From positions 53,320,001 through 53,384,000 of the forward strand of contig NC_043015.1 of the NCBI RefSeq assembly GCF_006345805.1: DNA of 64,000 bases. Direction: 5' to 3'. Position numbers and translations under genes: made by a program. Positions 1-12,880 of the stretch are shown one piece after another. Under the pieces are notes generated by a model. It saw only the letters and a list, made by a program, of their open reading frames with translations. It had not been told where the DNA came from and did no database searches. Numbering within the stretch: position 1 is the stretch's first letter; the number at the start of each line of letters is the position of its first letter. The DNA comes from Octopus sinensis (taxonomy: Eukaryota).

Positions 1-2332
1 CACCCTTTCTTTCTCTATCTCCATCTCTGCCTTTCTCTCTGCATTTTTCTCACCCTCTATCCATCTCTTACTCTCCTTCTCCTCCCCTATCCCCCTCCCA
101 CTCTCTCTACAATCACTATATCTTGTTATATTTTATCTATTTTTCTTACTTTATTATTTTATTTTATTTATTTTCATTTTATTTTCTTATTTGCCTTAAT
201 TCTTTCTTTCGTGTTATTAACTGATTTTATCGAGATTTTGAATATTTTTCTCTTTTTCCTTTCGTATTTCAAAAAAATTTTGTGTTCTTGTTTTTTTGTA
301 AGCTTTCTTTGTTTTATTCTTACATTTTATATTATATTAAACATTTGTTTGTATTTTTTATTTTCATTTTCAGTTAATCTTATTTTTAGGTGTTTTTTTA
401 ATATTTTAAACTATTCTTATTTTTTTATATATTTGTTCATTTTTAGTGACTTTTATTTCACTGCTTCAATTTTTAGTCATTTTTCGTAGTATTTTTTGTA
501 AGTTTTTTTGTTATTTCTTCTTACTATTTCTTTATTATTCTTTCTATTTGTTTTTAATTTTCTGGTTGCAATATTTTTTCGTTTATTCTTATATTCTTTA
601 AATGCATTATATCTATATATGTCTGTATTTTGTTTTTGTTTTTGGTTTATAATATTGTCTTTGCTGAGCGAGAAATAGAAATAATTTTATTTTACAATCG
701 CAACAATTCAAACTCTAACACGGTGGGAAAAAATATTTTAATTTAACTTGAAAATCATTTGCGCATCCATTTATTTTATCATTATAACTTTTTCCTCGAA
801 GAAGCTTTAGAAAATGATGACATTCTAATAATAGCCATGAAGCCTTGAGAATTCTAAACGAAGACTAAATGAAAAAGTTCATACTATTTCGTAAAAGATC
901 ATACTTTTCTAAAAGTTGGTTAATCTGCGCAACGGAAAGCAAAAATATTTCGATGTGAAATAACGTTTCGGACATACGAAAATCTTTTACATCCAAAAGT
1001 CAATATGTATTAGGAAAATGGTAATGCCGATTTTGTTTTTTATTTGTTTGTTTTTGTTGTTGCTTTTTTGTGCTTTCACTACAGCAATATAGAAATTCGA
1101 AGTTTACTGTTATTTGATCCTTGTTCCTATATCTGTGCTCATAAAATAAGCAAATTACAAAACTTGACATTACGATTTCAGTGCTAAGGTGCTCAACACT
1201 TGCCGAAAACCTTTTTTACTGATTCAGCATTCATATAAATGTTCTAAAATTTGAAGTATCAAGGACATGAGAAGGGATTTGCTCGTAGATTTTCTAAGAG
1301 CATTACAGGAGCTAATAAAATGAAATAAAGCTTCAGCATTTTAAATCGGAGCACAGAGACAACATTCATATTATCCGTAAATTACAATTTAGCGTCTTGA
1401 AAACGGAAGGAACATTGAATTCAATATTCAGATAAATACGTTTTTTAGAAATATTTCTTTTATTTCAATCGTTTCCAATGTTATTTGAATTAACATGAAA
1501 AGTAATTTTACCAAAGAGTTTTATAGGGTATTTTGTTTTTGTTTTTTTTTTAGCTGTTTTATTCCTCTATAATTTTTGCTTATTGTTTGTGAAATTTGTA
1601 TAAATTTGACTATTTTCAGATGTATGATGATGGAGCGCCAAGTAGACAAAAAAAAAACTCAGAATTTATCTGACAACGCAATTTATTGAAAATATAGTCA
1701 AAGATATGTTACATCTATAAAAATAAAGATCATCACGGTTAGAATGTTTGGCTCCTAAATTTAATCGTTCAGAGGCGAGCCAAGGGCTAAACAACAATAA
1801 GAGCATCGACAAAAACAAATGCATCGTATTTTACAGATTGTTAAGAGTTTAACACTTATTCTACAGCGTTTGACACCCATTACTAAAGATTTAATGTCAC
1901 ATTAAAGAACTAACTCCCTTTGTGATATAAATCTTTGCATTCCGCCATTGTTGTATATACCTTTGTTGTCAACCAGTGATATATGTATATGTGTATATAT
2001 ATATAGAGAGAGAGAGAAAAATACAGAGAGAGAGAGAGAATGAGAGGGAGAGAGAAATGTATGTATGTATGTATGTATGTATGTATGTATGTATGTATGT
2101 ATGTATGTACGTACGTATGTATGTATGTATGTATGTATGTATGTATGTATGTATATTGATATACATCTATAATATCAAATGTTCAGAAATGAATATTAGC
2201 TATCAGATGTAAAACGAATGTTTGTTAATCAATAAAAAAAAATACTTCAATTGAGCTTTTTTTTACATTGAATAAACACGTTTACAGGACTTTCAAAGTT
2301 TTGACCTCATTCAATATATATAATATATATAT

Positions 2333-2365
<33 letters not shown>

Positions 2366-2569
2366 TATAAATATATATGTACCAAACAAAACTCGTATAA
2401 AGATGGAAAGATTCTAAATTATATCTATGTACGCACGTATTTATGTGTACAGATATCTGTCTATCTATCTACCTATCTGTCTGTCTGTCTACCTATCTGT
2501 CTCTATCTATCTATCCATCTCTCTGTCTACCTACCCATCTATCTGTCTGTCTGTATGTCCTGTCTATTT

Positions 2570-2984
2570 CTTTTACTCTTTTACTTGTTTCAGTTATTTG
2601 ACTGTGGCCATGCTGGAGCACCGCCTTTTTAGTCGAGCAAATCGACCCCAGGACTTATTCTTTGTAAGCCTAGTACTTATTCTATCGGTCTCTTTTGCCG
2701 AACCGCTAAGTTACGGGGACGTAAACACGACAGCAACAGTTGTCAAGCGATCTTGGAGGGAGCAAACACAGGCACACAAACATATACACACACACATACA
2801 TATATATATATACATATATGCAACGGGCTTCTTCCAGTTTCCGTCTACCAAATCCACTCACAGTGCTTTGGTCGGCCAGAGGCTATAGTAGAAGACACTT
2901 GCCCAAGGTGTCACGCAGTGGGACTAAACCTGGAACCATGTGGATCGTAAGCAAACTACTTACTATACAGCCACTCCTACGCCT
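2570..2984 (-). mobile_element. tRNA-derived SINE family B (CORE-like, internal microsatellite)
   Basis: Head GGCGTAGGAGTGGCTG, CCTTGGGCAAGTGTCTTCTAC, tail GAAACAAGTAAAAGAG; multiple copies in the window. Confidence 0.85.
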
Positions 2985-3580
2985 ATAAATTCTATCTACC
3001 TACCATATCTTATATATCTTTCTGTTTACCAATGTATATACATATAAAAACTGCATATACACACAGCAGTACACGTTTATACACACACACACACACACTC
3101 ATATATATACATATATATGTATATATTTATGAATCAATACTTGTTACAAATATACGTACCGGACCACATAATCTCATATGGAGTTATACACACAAACACT
3201 TACACACACACGTACACACACACACACATATATATATGCACATGCATGCATATAATATATATATATACATCTTTTACACGTACATAAACACACACGTATT
3301 CATATATACACATATATATAATGGTGATCCACTGGTGCTCTGATCGAAGCCTTGTGCTTCTTAACACACACTCTAGATGAGATATCTGTCTTTATTGCCG
3401 TTGGGACTGGTTTGAGAGAAATTTGGCTGATATTTCCGACAGAGAAACGTTGACTTGATATTTTAGCTGCTAGACTCATGATCCAATGATATTAATACAT
3501 CCGGGAACTCTCCCCTTCCTTCCAGCTGTCACGTACTGGATGTCTCGTTGAGAGGGCAGGGCCAAAAAGGGGGGCTATAT

Positions 3581-3634
<54 letters not shown>

Positions 3635-4524
3635 AGAATTTACAAAAAACCAAAGACGAAGACAGGTGTGTAAACAAGAAACAGATGTATTATTTTAACG
3701 CTCGGGAAGTGAGAACTCTTTTACATTTCGTACCTACGCTCTTCGACAGAAAGGTACACAGAAATAAACACGGAGAGAAATTAGAAAAATTTTAGTGGCT
3801 AGCGATCTATTATATATATATATATATATATATATTATACGAGCATAAAAGCTGCCCTCTGTGGAGGGGTCTTCATTAGGCTTTAAGCCCAATAATGACA
3901 CTTCATGCATTGAGTAGAAATAAAATTAAACTTGACAAATATTTTTCAAGCAATGAACAATTTTCGTGAAAACAATGATATAATATGTAGACTTGGAAAT
4001 TATTGCAAAGCTTCATGATAAATTTCTTTTTCTTCCTATTCAGGTGTCAGTTCATTTTTTCTGTGTACCCCCCTCTCTCTCTCTTTGTTTCTGTTGATTG
4101 TTTTCAACCATCACCATCACCTTTACCACCACCGTCGCCACCACAACTTCCATACACACACCATACAGAATTCTGATGCCACCATCATCAACACCTTCGA
4201 CTTCGTCGCCTTCCCCTCCACCACCATCACACTGTCTTTGTCATCCCTTACTATCACCGTCAAGCTTTACTGCCCCAGCTACCACCATCATCACCGTCGC
4301 CTCCGGCTCTATTACAACTACAGCTCATACTATTACTGTCACCCCATTACCATCTCAACTGTCAATCTACAACTGTCCTCACCGTCTCTATACCTACTAT
4401 TATTCTCACCCCAGCAAGAGGAGTAGAAGTGTCATTAAATAGTGAGAGAGGAGGTCAAAGTGTGACACACTGACACACAGAAATACGTTTCGGCAATTAC
4501 TATATACACATATATATATATATA

Positions 4525-4631
4525 TCACCGTGATCACCGTGACCGACCAGGCTACCAGATGTTGTCACAATGCGCTTCGCATTGTTTTAGCCTTCAAATA
4601 ACGCCGCCCGGCTGGCTAAGCGAGCAGGCCA
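4525..4631. repeat. Short dispersed repeat, inverted copy at ~60150-60246
   Basis: GTGACCGACCAGGCTA..CATTGTTTTAGCC is the reverse complement of 60155-60246; (TA)n-associated. Confidence 0.65.
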
Positions 4632-4663
<32 letters not shown>

Positions 4664-4797
4664 TTATATATATAATAACAATTTAGGAATGGCCTGAACA
4701 GGCCATTCGTCCACCAGAAAGAGCAGCCATAACTCCAACCGCCAAGTAGTGTAATTCGGAAATAAGGTGAAAATTTAAAAACATTTACCCTAATTCA

Positions 4798-4898
4798 TCT
4801 TTTATACGATGCATCGTTTCGGTGTCTTTAATGATAGACCAGCTTAATTAAATTAAATTAAGCTAGTCTACCATAGGTCACACTTCATCAGTAAAAGA
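4798..4898 (-). ncRNA. Type I hammerhead ribozyme
   Basis: Reverse complement of the 5750-5850 motif. Confidence 0.88.
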
Positions 4899-5268
4899 AA
4901 CCTGGGGAGAGACGGATATACACGAGGCTACTGTATCAATGCCTCGGAATATCTGTCTTAAAATTTTCAAGACCAACGCATTCGCGCCAAACTTATCGGC
5001 AGCAATATAACTGCGATTCAATCTCAGAATTAGTCAGAAAATTATCAATTAATCAATTTAGGGTAGCAAAAAATTCAGTAAAAATTTGTCGCTACCAGCG
5101 GCCTAATGGAAAGAGAAAATAGTCAAAGACTAAATATGTATAAATATAACAATTTAGGAATGGCCTGAACAGGCCATTCGTCCACCAGAAAGAGCAGCCA
5201 TAACTCCAACCGCCAAGTAGTGTAATTCGGAAATAAGGTGAAAATTTAAAAACATTTACCCTAATTCA

Positions 5269-5368
5269 TCTTTTATACGATGCATCGTTTCGGTGTCTTT
5301 AATGATAGACCAGCTTAATTAATTAAATTAAGCTAGTCTACCATAGGTCACACTTCATCAGTAAAAGA
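5269..5368 (-). ncRNA. Type I hammerhead ribozyme
   Basis: Second tandem copy, reverse complement of the 5750-5850 motif. Confidence 0.88.
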
Positions 5369-5749
5369 AACCTGGAGAGACGGATATACACGAGGCTACT
5401 GTATCAATGCCTCGGGAATATCTGTCTTAAAATTTTCGGTTGGAGTTATGGCTGCTCTTTCTGGTGGACGAATGGCCTGTTCAGGCCATTCCTAAATTGT
5501 TATATTTAACATTTTAGTCTTTGACTATTTTCTCTTTTCCATTAGGCGCTGGTAGCGACAATTTTTACTGAATTTTTTGCTACCCTAAATTGATTAATTG
5601 ATAATTTTCTGACTAATTCTGAGATTGAATCGGCAGTTTATATTTGCTGCCGATAAGTTTGGCGCGAATGCGTTGGTCTTGAAAATTTTAAGACAGTATT
5701 TCCCGAGGCATTGATACAGTAGCCTCGTGTATATCCGTCTCTCCAGGTT

Positions 5750-5850
5750 TCTTTTACTGATGAAGTGTGACCTATGGTAGACTAGCTTAATTTAATTTAA
5801 TTAAGCTGGTCTATCATTAAAGACACCGAAACGATGCATCGTATAAAAGA
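5750..5850 (+). ncRNA. Type I hammerhead ribozyme
   Basis: Stem I TCTTTTA(5750-56)/TAAAAGA(5844-50); CTGATGA 5757-63; stem II GTGT/ACAC extended by a long hairpin; GAAAC 5828-32; palindromic stem III ACGATGCATCGT; GUA cleavage triplet 5841-43. Confidence 0.9.
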
Positions 5851-6231
5851 TGAATTAGGGTAATGTTTTTAAATTTTCACCTTATTTCCGAATTACACTA
5901 CTTGGCGGTTGGAGTTATGGCTGCTCTTTCTGGTGGACGAATGGCCTGTTCAGGCCATTCCTAAATTGTTATATTTATACATATTTAGTCTTTGACTATT
6001 TTCTTTTTCCATTAGGCCGCTGGTAGCGACAAATTTTTACTGAATTTTTTGCTACCCTAAATTGATTAATATATATATATATATATATATATTACGGAGA
6101 TGTACTTGCAATGCAAGTGACCTGATCTGAGCTCGTGTGCTGGAACGAAGACAATTGCAGCGTGGAAGGTGTTTATAAGCCATTTAAGAAGCACACAAAA
6201 TCCCTTAGATTCACTTCAACATTTAAATTGA

Positions 6232-6282
6232 TTTAGCAAAATATTTTCGTCGCTTTGAGATCGCGACCTGTTCGCTGACAAA
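6232..6282 (-). ncRNA. Variant minimal hammerhead-like motif (G3-C8 swapped core)
   Basis: Minus strand reads TTTGTCA-GCGAACA-G-GTCGC gatctcaaa GCGAC-GAAAATATTT-TGCTAAA; island 6092-6295 lies between (TA)n tracts. Confidence 0.45.
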
Positions 6283-6360
6283 ATTCCGTGCTGTTATATA
6301 TATATGTATATATATATATATATATTATATTATATATTATATATATATATATATATATAA

Positions 6361-6899
6361 TGTAGGAGAAAAATATTTTTTCTAAAAAAAAATTTCTTTT
6401 TTCGAAAAAAATTTTATCAATGGCCAGCATATTAAAAAATACCTTTAAAGCATATATATATATAAACAATTCATAAATAAGGGCAAACGAAAAAATTTCA
6501 AATGCCAAATATGCCGAAAAATTGGACATATTGTCCATTAACCATATAATTTTTTCAAATACGCACGCTACTCGAAAAAAGGCCGACAGAAATTTCTAAA
6601 AAATTTCTAAAAAATTAATCTTTGCTTCTTCCATGGGTATGAGTAAGTATCTCATTTATTTATTTTGCCACATGTATCACTGACGAAGGGAGGGCTGTTT
6701 ATGAGCTAACCCTGAAATCGATTCGATATGGTAATAATGGAATTTTTTAGAAATTTCTGTCGACCTTTTTTCGAGTAGCGTGCGTATTGTGAAAAAATTA
6801 TATGGTTAATGGACAATATGTCCAATTTTTCGGCATATTTGGCATTTGAAATTTTTTCGTTTGCCCTTATTTATGAATTGTTTATATATATATATGCTT
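6361..6899. mobile_element. Inverted-repeat HHR element (second family)
   Basis: ~158 bp near-perfect inverted arms 6448-6605 / 6741-6899, with an HHR in the spacer. Confidence 0.75.
6675..6733 (+). ncRNA. Type I hammerhead ribozyme
   Basis: TATCA-CTGACGA-AGGG...CCCT-GAAATCG att CGAT-A-TGGTA; AUA cleavage triplet. Confidence 0.8.
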
Positions 6900-7355
6900 G
6901 CGACTATCTAGATACTTAAAACAATGCTACTTTATTATACTGACATGTAAGGGACAGCTGTGGTAGTAGATATTGGGAGAGAACAATGTAGGGTTTTGCC
7001 TTTTCGTCTTAAAAGAGAGTATTATGAACTGGTGCGTCGGCAAGGCACTCAGGTACGTTATGATCAATGTATTTAAGCAACCATGACGAGTATTTATTCA
7101 AAGATTTCACTGAATTTGACATGGTTAAATACGGGTTTACGATACTCTCTTACTAATGAACGACATGAAACAAAGGAAGAAAAATGATGGAGGCGGTGAT
7201 GAAAGACAAAAGAGTCATTTAGAATTTTAAATGTACGCTAGTATATAACGTATGCACACGCATGCGCGTACCCTCATGCGTGTGTGTGTGTAAACGTGTG
7301 CATGAGATTGTGTGGTCGGGTACGTGTATTTGTTACACATACTGATTCATACATA

Positions 7356-7394
<39 letters not shown>

Positions 7395-7564
7395 TGTGTG
7401 TGGTGTGTGTGTGTGTGTGTATGTGTGTGTTGTGTGTGAGTATAAATGTGTACTGTTGTGAGTATATGCAGGTTTATATGTATATACATTAGTAGAAAGA
7501 TGTATATGATATGGTAGTGAGATAGATAGATAGATAGATAGACAGACAGACAAAGATCACTGCT

Positions 7565-7601
<37 letters not shown>

Positions 7602-7726
7602 GTACATATACACACGCACATATATGCGTTTTTGAAAGTTAAACACAAAATCAAAAGAAGGAAGGTCAATGTCCATGACCCATATACTTACACACCCCAC
7701 ACATAGATATGTAATACCTCGATCAC

Positions 7727-7785
<59 letters not shown>

Positions 7786-8185
7786 CACATACGAAGGCGT
7801 CGAGAAAGAGTTATTGGGTGAAAAGAGTGGGCTGTACATCTGTGTAGAGGTGTATTGCCAGTAAATATATTAAACTGATCAAAGAGAGAATATGAAGAGG
7901 AAAAAACACTGATTTTTATATGACCTAGTTTCACCACTCTTCTGAATACTCCTTATATTTCTTGCATCTTTCCGCTACCCACCCACGCCTACCACTTCTT
8001 ACACTGTAATGAAATAATTGGTTAATTAGAGAAGATAGACAACAAATTTGCATTTAGAAAGCCGTGACATGAAAGGGGGTTTCGTTTTTTACTTTCTCCT
8101 GAGTTTATTTTATAATTTTGTAGTGATTTTATCGTGTTTAATATTATTATTATCATTATTATTACTATTATTATTATTATTATTA

Positions 8186-8279
<94 letters not shown>

Positions 8280-9612
8280 TAATTTGTAAGTTGTTCCCTC
8301 GGTTCACTCGCCGAAACGAAAAAGAGCGTTTTGTCACAACCTTATATGTCTTGCCAAACAGGCCGATGTGTTCTTTCCCTTTGTAGTTGCAAATATATCG
8401 TTTTGCCTGAAAAATAACAGCCATTTTTTCTTTATTTTGTTTATCCATTTTGTTTATTTATTCATTTATTTTCATTGCTTTCTGTTGTTTTTTCTCTCGT
8501 TGTTGTTGTTGTTGTTGTTGTTATTTCCTGGGAAAGCAACATTTATCATTTAAGGTTCCTATTCAAATCTTATAAATCAAAAAGATCGTTCGAGTTACAT
8601 TCAATAAGGTTGACAAGTGAATGTAACTTCAAAATAATAACGCGGATAAAGGAAATAGCGGTCATAATAACAGACAAGGAATTTGTTGAATAAATAAAAG
8701 TAATACTTATAGTAGGTATAGACTGAATGACACGAAAACTAAAATGTATAAGATGCTAGCAACATGTTGAGAGAGACTGATGTCTTTGTCCAAGGATAAT
8801 GTCCGCGAAAATGAATTTATTAAGAAAAAAAAATATTGGCTGTTTGTATTTTCTTGGGGGTTAATCATCGTCTGCTTATCGATTCAAGAAACGATGTCTT
8901 GTTATGGTGGACATTACTAAGAATCTGTAGTCAGCTCTTTAATATTCTCTGCATTAAATAAGTTAACAATGACTAGAGAATGACTTGTCTGACATATATT
9001 TTCCTTCTCTATACAAGGGCAACGCTATTTTTTCTTTCTTCAGCAACACGTGTATATACTCCCGGCCATTAAATTACTATTATTGATTGCCGCAATCACT
9101 TCTACGACAAGTATATTGGAGTCTATGCTTCACTGATAGGGTTTTAGAGAATAAGAAGGAAACATACTCAAACTTGTCTTCCATATTTACTGACATAACA
9201 ACAACAACAGCAATAATAATAATAGTGATAATGATGATGATATTGATGGTGGTGGTGGTGGCGGCGGCGGCGGCGGCGGCGGTGGTAGGTGATGGTGGTG
9301 GTGACGGTGACAACGACGACGACGGTGACAACGACGACGACGACGGCGTCGACAACAACAAAAATAATATTTTCTTATTTTGGCATAAGGCCAGCAAATA
9401 TGGAGGGTTGAGAACTTCTGTAACATCAACCCCAGTTGTCAACTGGTACATATTTTATCAACTCCGAAACGATGAAAGGCAAAGTTGACAGCTGTAAAGA
9501 CTGTGCCTCTAATAATTAGTGCATTGGGAACTGTAAGCAAAAATATTCCTTTCTACTCTAGGCACAAGGCCCGAAATTTGGGGGCAGGGGGCCAGTCGAT
9601 TAGGTCGACCCC

Positions 9613-9910
9613 AGCCTTATGAGTGGATCTGGTACACAGAAACTGAAAGAAGCTCGTCGTATACATGTGTATATATATATGTGTGTGTGTATATGTTTGG
9701 GTGTCTGTACCTGCTCCCCATCCAACATCGCTTGACACCCGACGCTGTTGTGTTTACGTCCCCGTAACTTAGCGGTTCGGCAAAACAGACCGATAGAATA
9801 AGTACTAGGCTTACAAAGAATAAGTCCTGGCGTCGATTTGCTCGACTAAAAAGGCGGTGCTCCAGTATGGCCACAGTCAAATGAGTGAAACAAATGAAAA
9901 GAGTAAAAAA
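9613..9910 (+). mobile_element. SINE family B, 5'-truncated
   Basis: Matches the reverse complement of 2570-2880. Confidence 0.85.
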
Positions 9911-10464
9911 ATGAGTAAGAGAATTTAAGGAAATTTCCTAATCTTCTGTTTAAGAATGTTGACGCGCTAATACTCCGATTCGAAACTGTTGAATACAAGT
10001 GTAACATCTCAGTTACGTGCACATATACACATACTCATGGAAAAATGGATTTAACGTTATAAGTCAACGAGCCGACATGTAGCATATACGTTATCGCTCT
10101 AGCAGCATGATACAATAGCTAAGAATCTCTCAAATCAAACCTGTCTGCGTTTTAAAAGAAATGAGGTATATATGGGGCAATACCGTTAGGGATAGACATT
10201 TTCTAAAAGACAGGATTTTCCACGGTTAGGATATTTCGGCACCTAAGTCTACACATGCAAGGCAGAGCGGAAAGTAAACAACGATAACGTTTAGATTCAT
10301 GAAATTAGTTTCTGAAGAGAGCGAAAATATCTACCGACGTTTTACACCTCGGAAATGACGCGTTTGTGTATAAAAATGATAAACAGATCAGATATGCATG
10401 TGTGTGTGTGTGTGTGTGTGTGTCTGTGTCTGTGTGTCTGTTGTGTGTGTGCAGTGGGTATACA

Positions 10465-10511
<47 letters not shown>

Positions 10512-10599
10512 GCGTCTATATATTCATATATATGTGTGTATAAGTATGTATGTATATGTTATATATATATATAATATATATATATATATATAATACATA

Positions 10600-10711
<112 letters not shown>

Positions 10712-10876
10712 TGTGTGTGAGCGTCCAATAACACTATACTTGTTCCAACGTCCTCACGTTTTCTCTGTTCGTGTTTGGATTAACTATATATATATATATA
10801 TATGTATATGTATATATGTATTTAACTGTATATATGCCTATATATGTATAAGTGTGTGTGTGTGTGTGTGTGGTGT

Positions 10877-10907
<31 letters not shown>

Positions 10908-11368
10908 TGTGTGTAAACGGAGATCATGAAACCCAAGAATTTAAGCAAAGAAAAGTATCAAGAACGGAAAAGTAAAGTTAGTGTATGTAAGCAAATATAT
11001 TAGTTGCGGTTAAGAGACTTGTTATTTACATGACAGTATGTTTATGATTGCCTGTACTTTAAATTAGATAGGAAATGTTTATCTGCAATACGGAGACAGC
11101 TATCTCAACACCTTCGTCGATTGCCTCATAGGATTTCACTCACAAACTTCACCAGTGTAAATAAGCCACACGAACTAATGTCTAACTTAGTAAATATATA
11201 TTATTTTTTATAACTGTGCGTGCTTGTGCCTTTCTGTCTGCCAGCTTACGATCACACTCAGAAAGATACAGGTGCGTATATATATATATATATTAATGGT
11301 AATGGTATGACAACAATTATGTAAATAGAGGAATTTATCTGTAATATAATATGTGACAATTATTTGTA

Positions 11369-11441
11369 TGCCAGAATAAGACTCTGAGTTTCGGATGTCG
11401 GGACGAAAATCTGCTCCGCCATCTCGTCAGTTATCAAGGCA
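11369..11441 (-). ncRNA. Type I hammerhead ribozyme
   Basis: Minus strand reads TGCCTTGATAA-CTGACGA-GATGGCGG...CCGACATCC-GAAACTCAGAGTC-TTATTCTGGCA. Confidence 0.82.
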
Positions 11442-11454
11442 CACATTTTTTGAT

Positions 11455-11526
11455 TGCCTTGATAACTGACGAGATGCCGCAGAAGATTTCCTCCCCGACA
11501 TCCGAAACTCGAGTCTTATTATGGCA
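11455..11526 (+). ncRNA. Type I hammerhead ribozyme
   Basis: TGCCttGATAA-CTGACGA-GATG...CATC-c-GAAACTCGAGTC-TTATTatGGCA; palindromic stem III; GUC triplet. Confidence 0.82.
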
Positions 11527-11567
11527 ACCGAATAATTGTCACATATTATATAATATATATATACATA

Positions 11568-11632
<65 letters not shown>

Positions 11633-11651
11633 ATGTATGTATATAGATAGT

Positions 11652-11719
<68 letters not shown>

Positions 11720-11881
11720 GGTAATGTCGAACAACGAAAGTAACTTCTCATCACCGCGCTGGTGGATAAAATTACTTTATTTGTGTATTATGTTTACCAT
11801 TGGTTTCATGTAAAGGAATATATTTTCATATCTTAATTTATCAAACCGATCACATGGAGGAATGGTGTTCGTTTCCATTTT

Positions 11882-11923
<42 letters not shown>

Positions 11924-12559
11924 AATACATTTACATATTTATATATATGTATGTTTTTATTTGTGGAATTGTTTAGGGGTTGAAAAAGTACTATGCTGTC
12001 ATAACGAATTGTATTACAAATACCGGTTTTAAAAATAAACAAAACATTTTTTGAAACCGGTATAGTAACGAAGTAGATTTATCTTTTATCTTTGACTTGC
12101 CTCAGTCATTAGACTGTAGCCATGCTAGAGCACTATTTAAAGTGTTTAGTCGAACAAATCGACTGCGGTACTTAGTTTTTTATCCCTGGTACTTAATCTA
12201 TCAGTCGCTTTTGCTGAACCTCTAAACTATGAACGGACAGTGATGAAAACAAACCAACACCAGCTCTAACCTCCTTTGTTGGTTATCTTATTTTACCGAG
12301 CCGAAAAGAGAAAAAGCAAAGTTGACATCAGTCAGATTTGAACTCAGATTCCAGAAAGCTTTTAAGTCACCGCCAAGCGTTTTGTCCTACATCCTAACGT
12401 CTCTCCCTATTTGCTGCTTTATAGTTTAGGTTAAAGCTTGCTTAAAATGAACATATTAATAGGCGTAAGGAGGAAAATAAAAATGAAGACCGTAGAAAGG
12501 GTTGTCACTTGTTATTTTTGACAGTATCGTCGCCGTCTTCAGCTCATCCTCGCTTCTGA

Positions 12560-12880
12560 GTATTTCTTTCTTCGTTTGTCCTTCCTTATTTATGTCGGCC
12601 CCTCCGATTGCTGGCAAGGCCGATGGTATGCAAAGGCCTTGGCAGGGTTTGGCAGGTCTTTTGTCGTAGCTGTTTATTTTCTTCATTTCTTCGACCATGC
12701 TTTCCAAAATGTTCTATGCCCATCGTAATGATATGACCCCATGTCGCTCCTACGATTTAGGGTCGGTGTGCGTGCTAATCGTCGTCCGTTTCAGTTGATC
12801 ATTGTAGCGTTGCATAAGGCAACCATTTATTCACTTGCCGGTTCTGCGTTCTCCGTAGAGGACTTGATGTTACAGTCTGG
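12560..12880 (-). mobile_element. RTE (BovB-like) LINE 3' remnant
   Basis: Degenerate translation HQVLYGERRTGK..QRYNDQLKR..DPKS matches the RTE C-terminal pattern. Confidence 0.5.

Larger units (their letters stand above)
4675..6070. mobile_element. Hammerhead-ribozyme tandem/inverted repeat element (retrozyme / Penelope pLTR-like), ~470 bp unit: ~1.6 units on - strand (4675-5437) joined to ~1.35 units on + strand (5437-6070)
   Basis: AATTTAGGAATGGCC recurs at 4680 and 5151 (period ~471). The reverse complement starts at 5437 and repeats at 5906. One HHR per unit; (TA)n on both sides; no ORF. Confidence 0.85.
11344..11551. mobile_element. Short inverted pair of HHR-containing arms (third family)
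   Basis: 11344-11441 is a diverged reverse complement of 11455-11551; (TA)n at the right end. Confidence 0.75.

Noticed and set aside
10305-10340. CTGAAGAGAGCGAAA
   Set aside because: No stem I or stem II.
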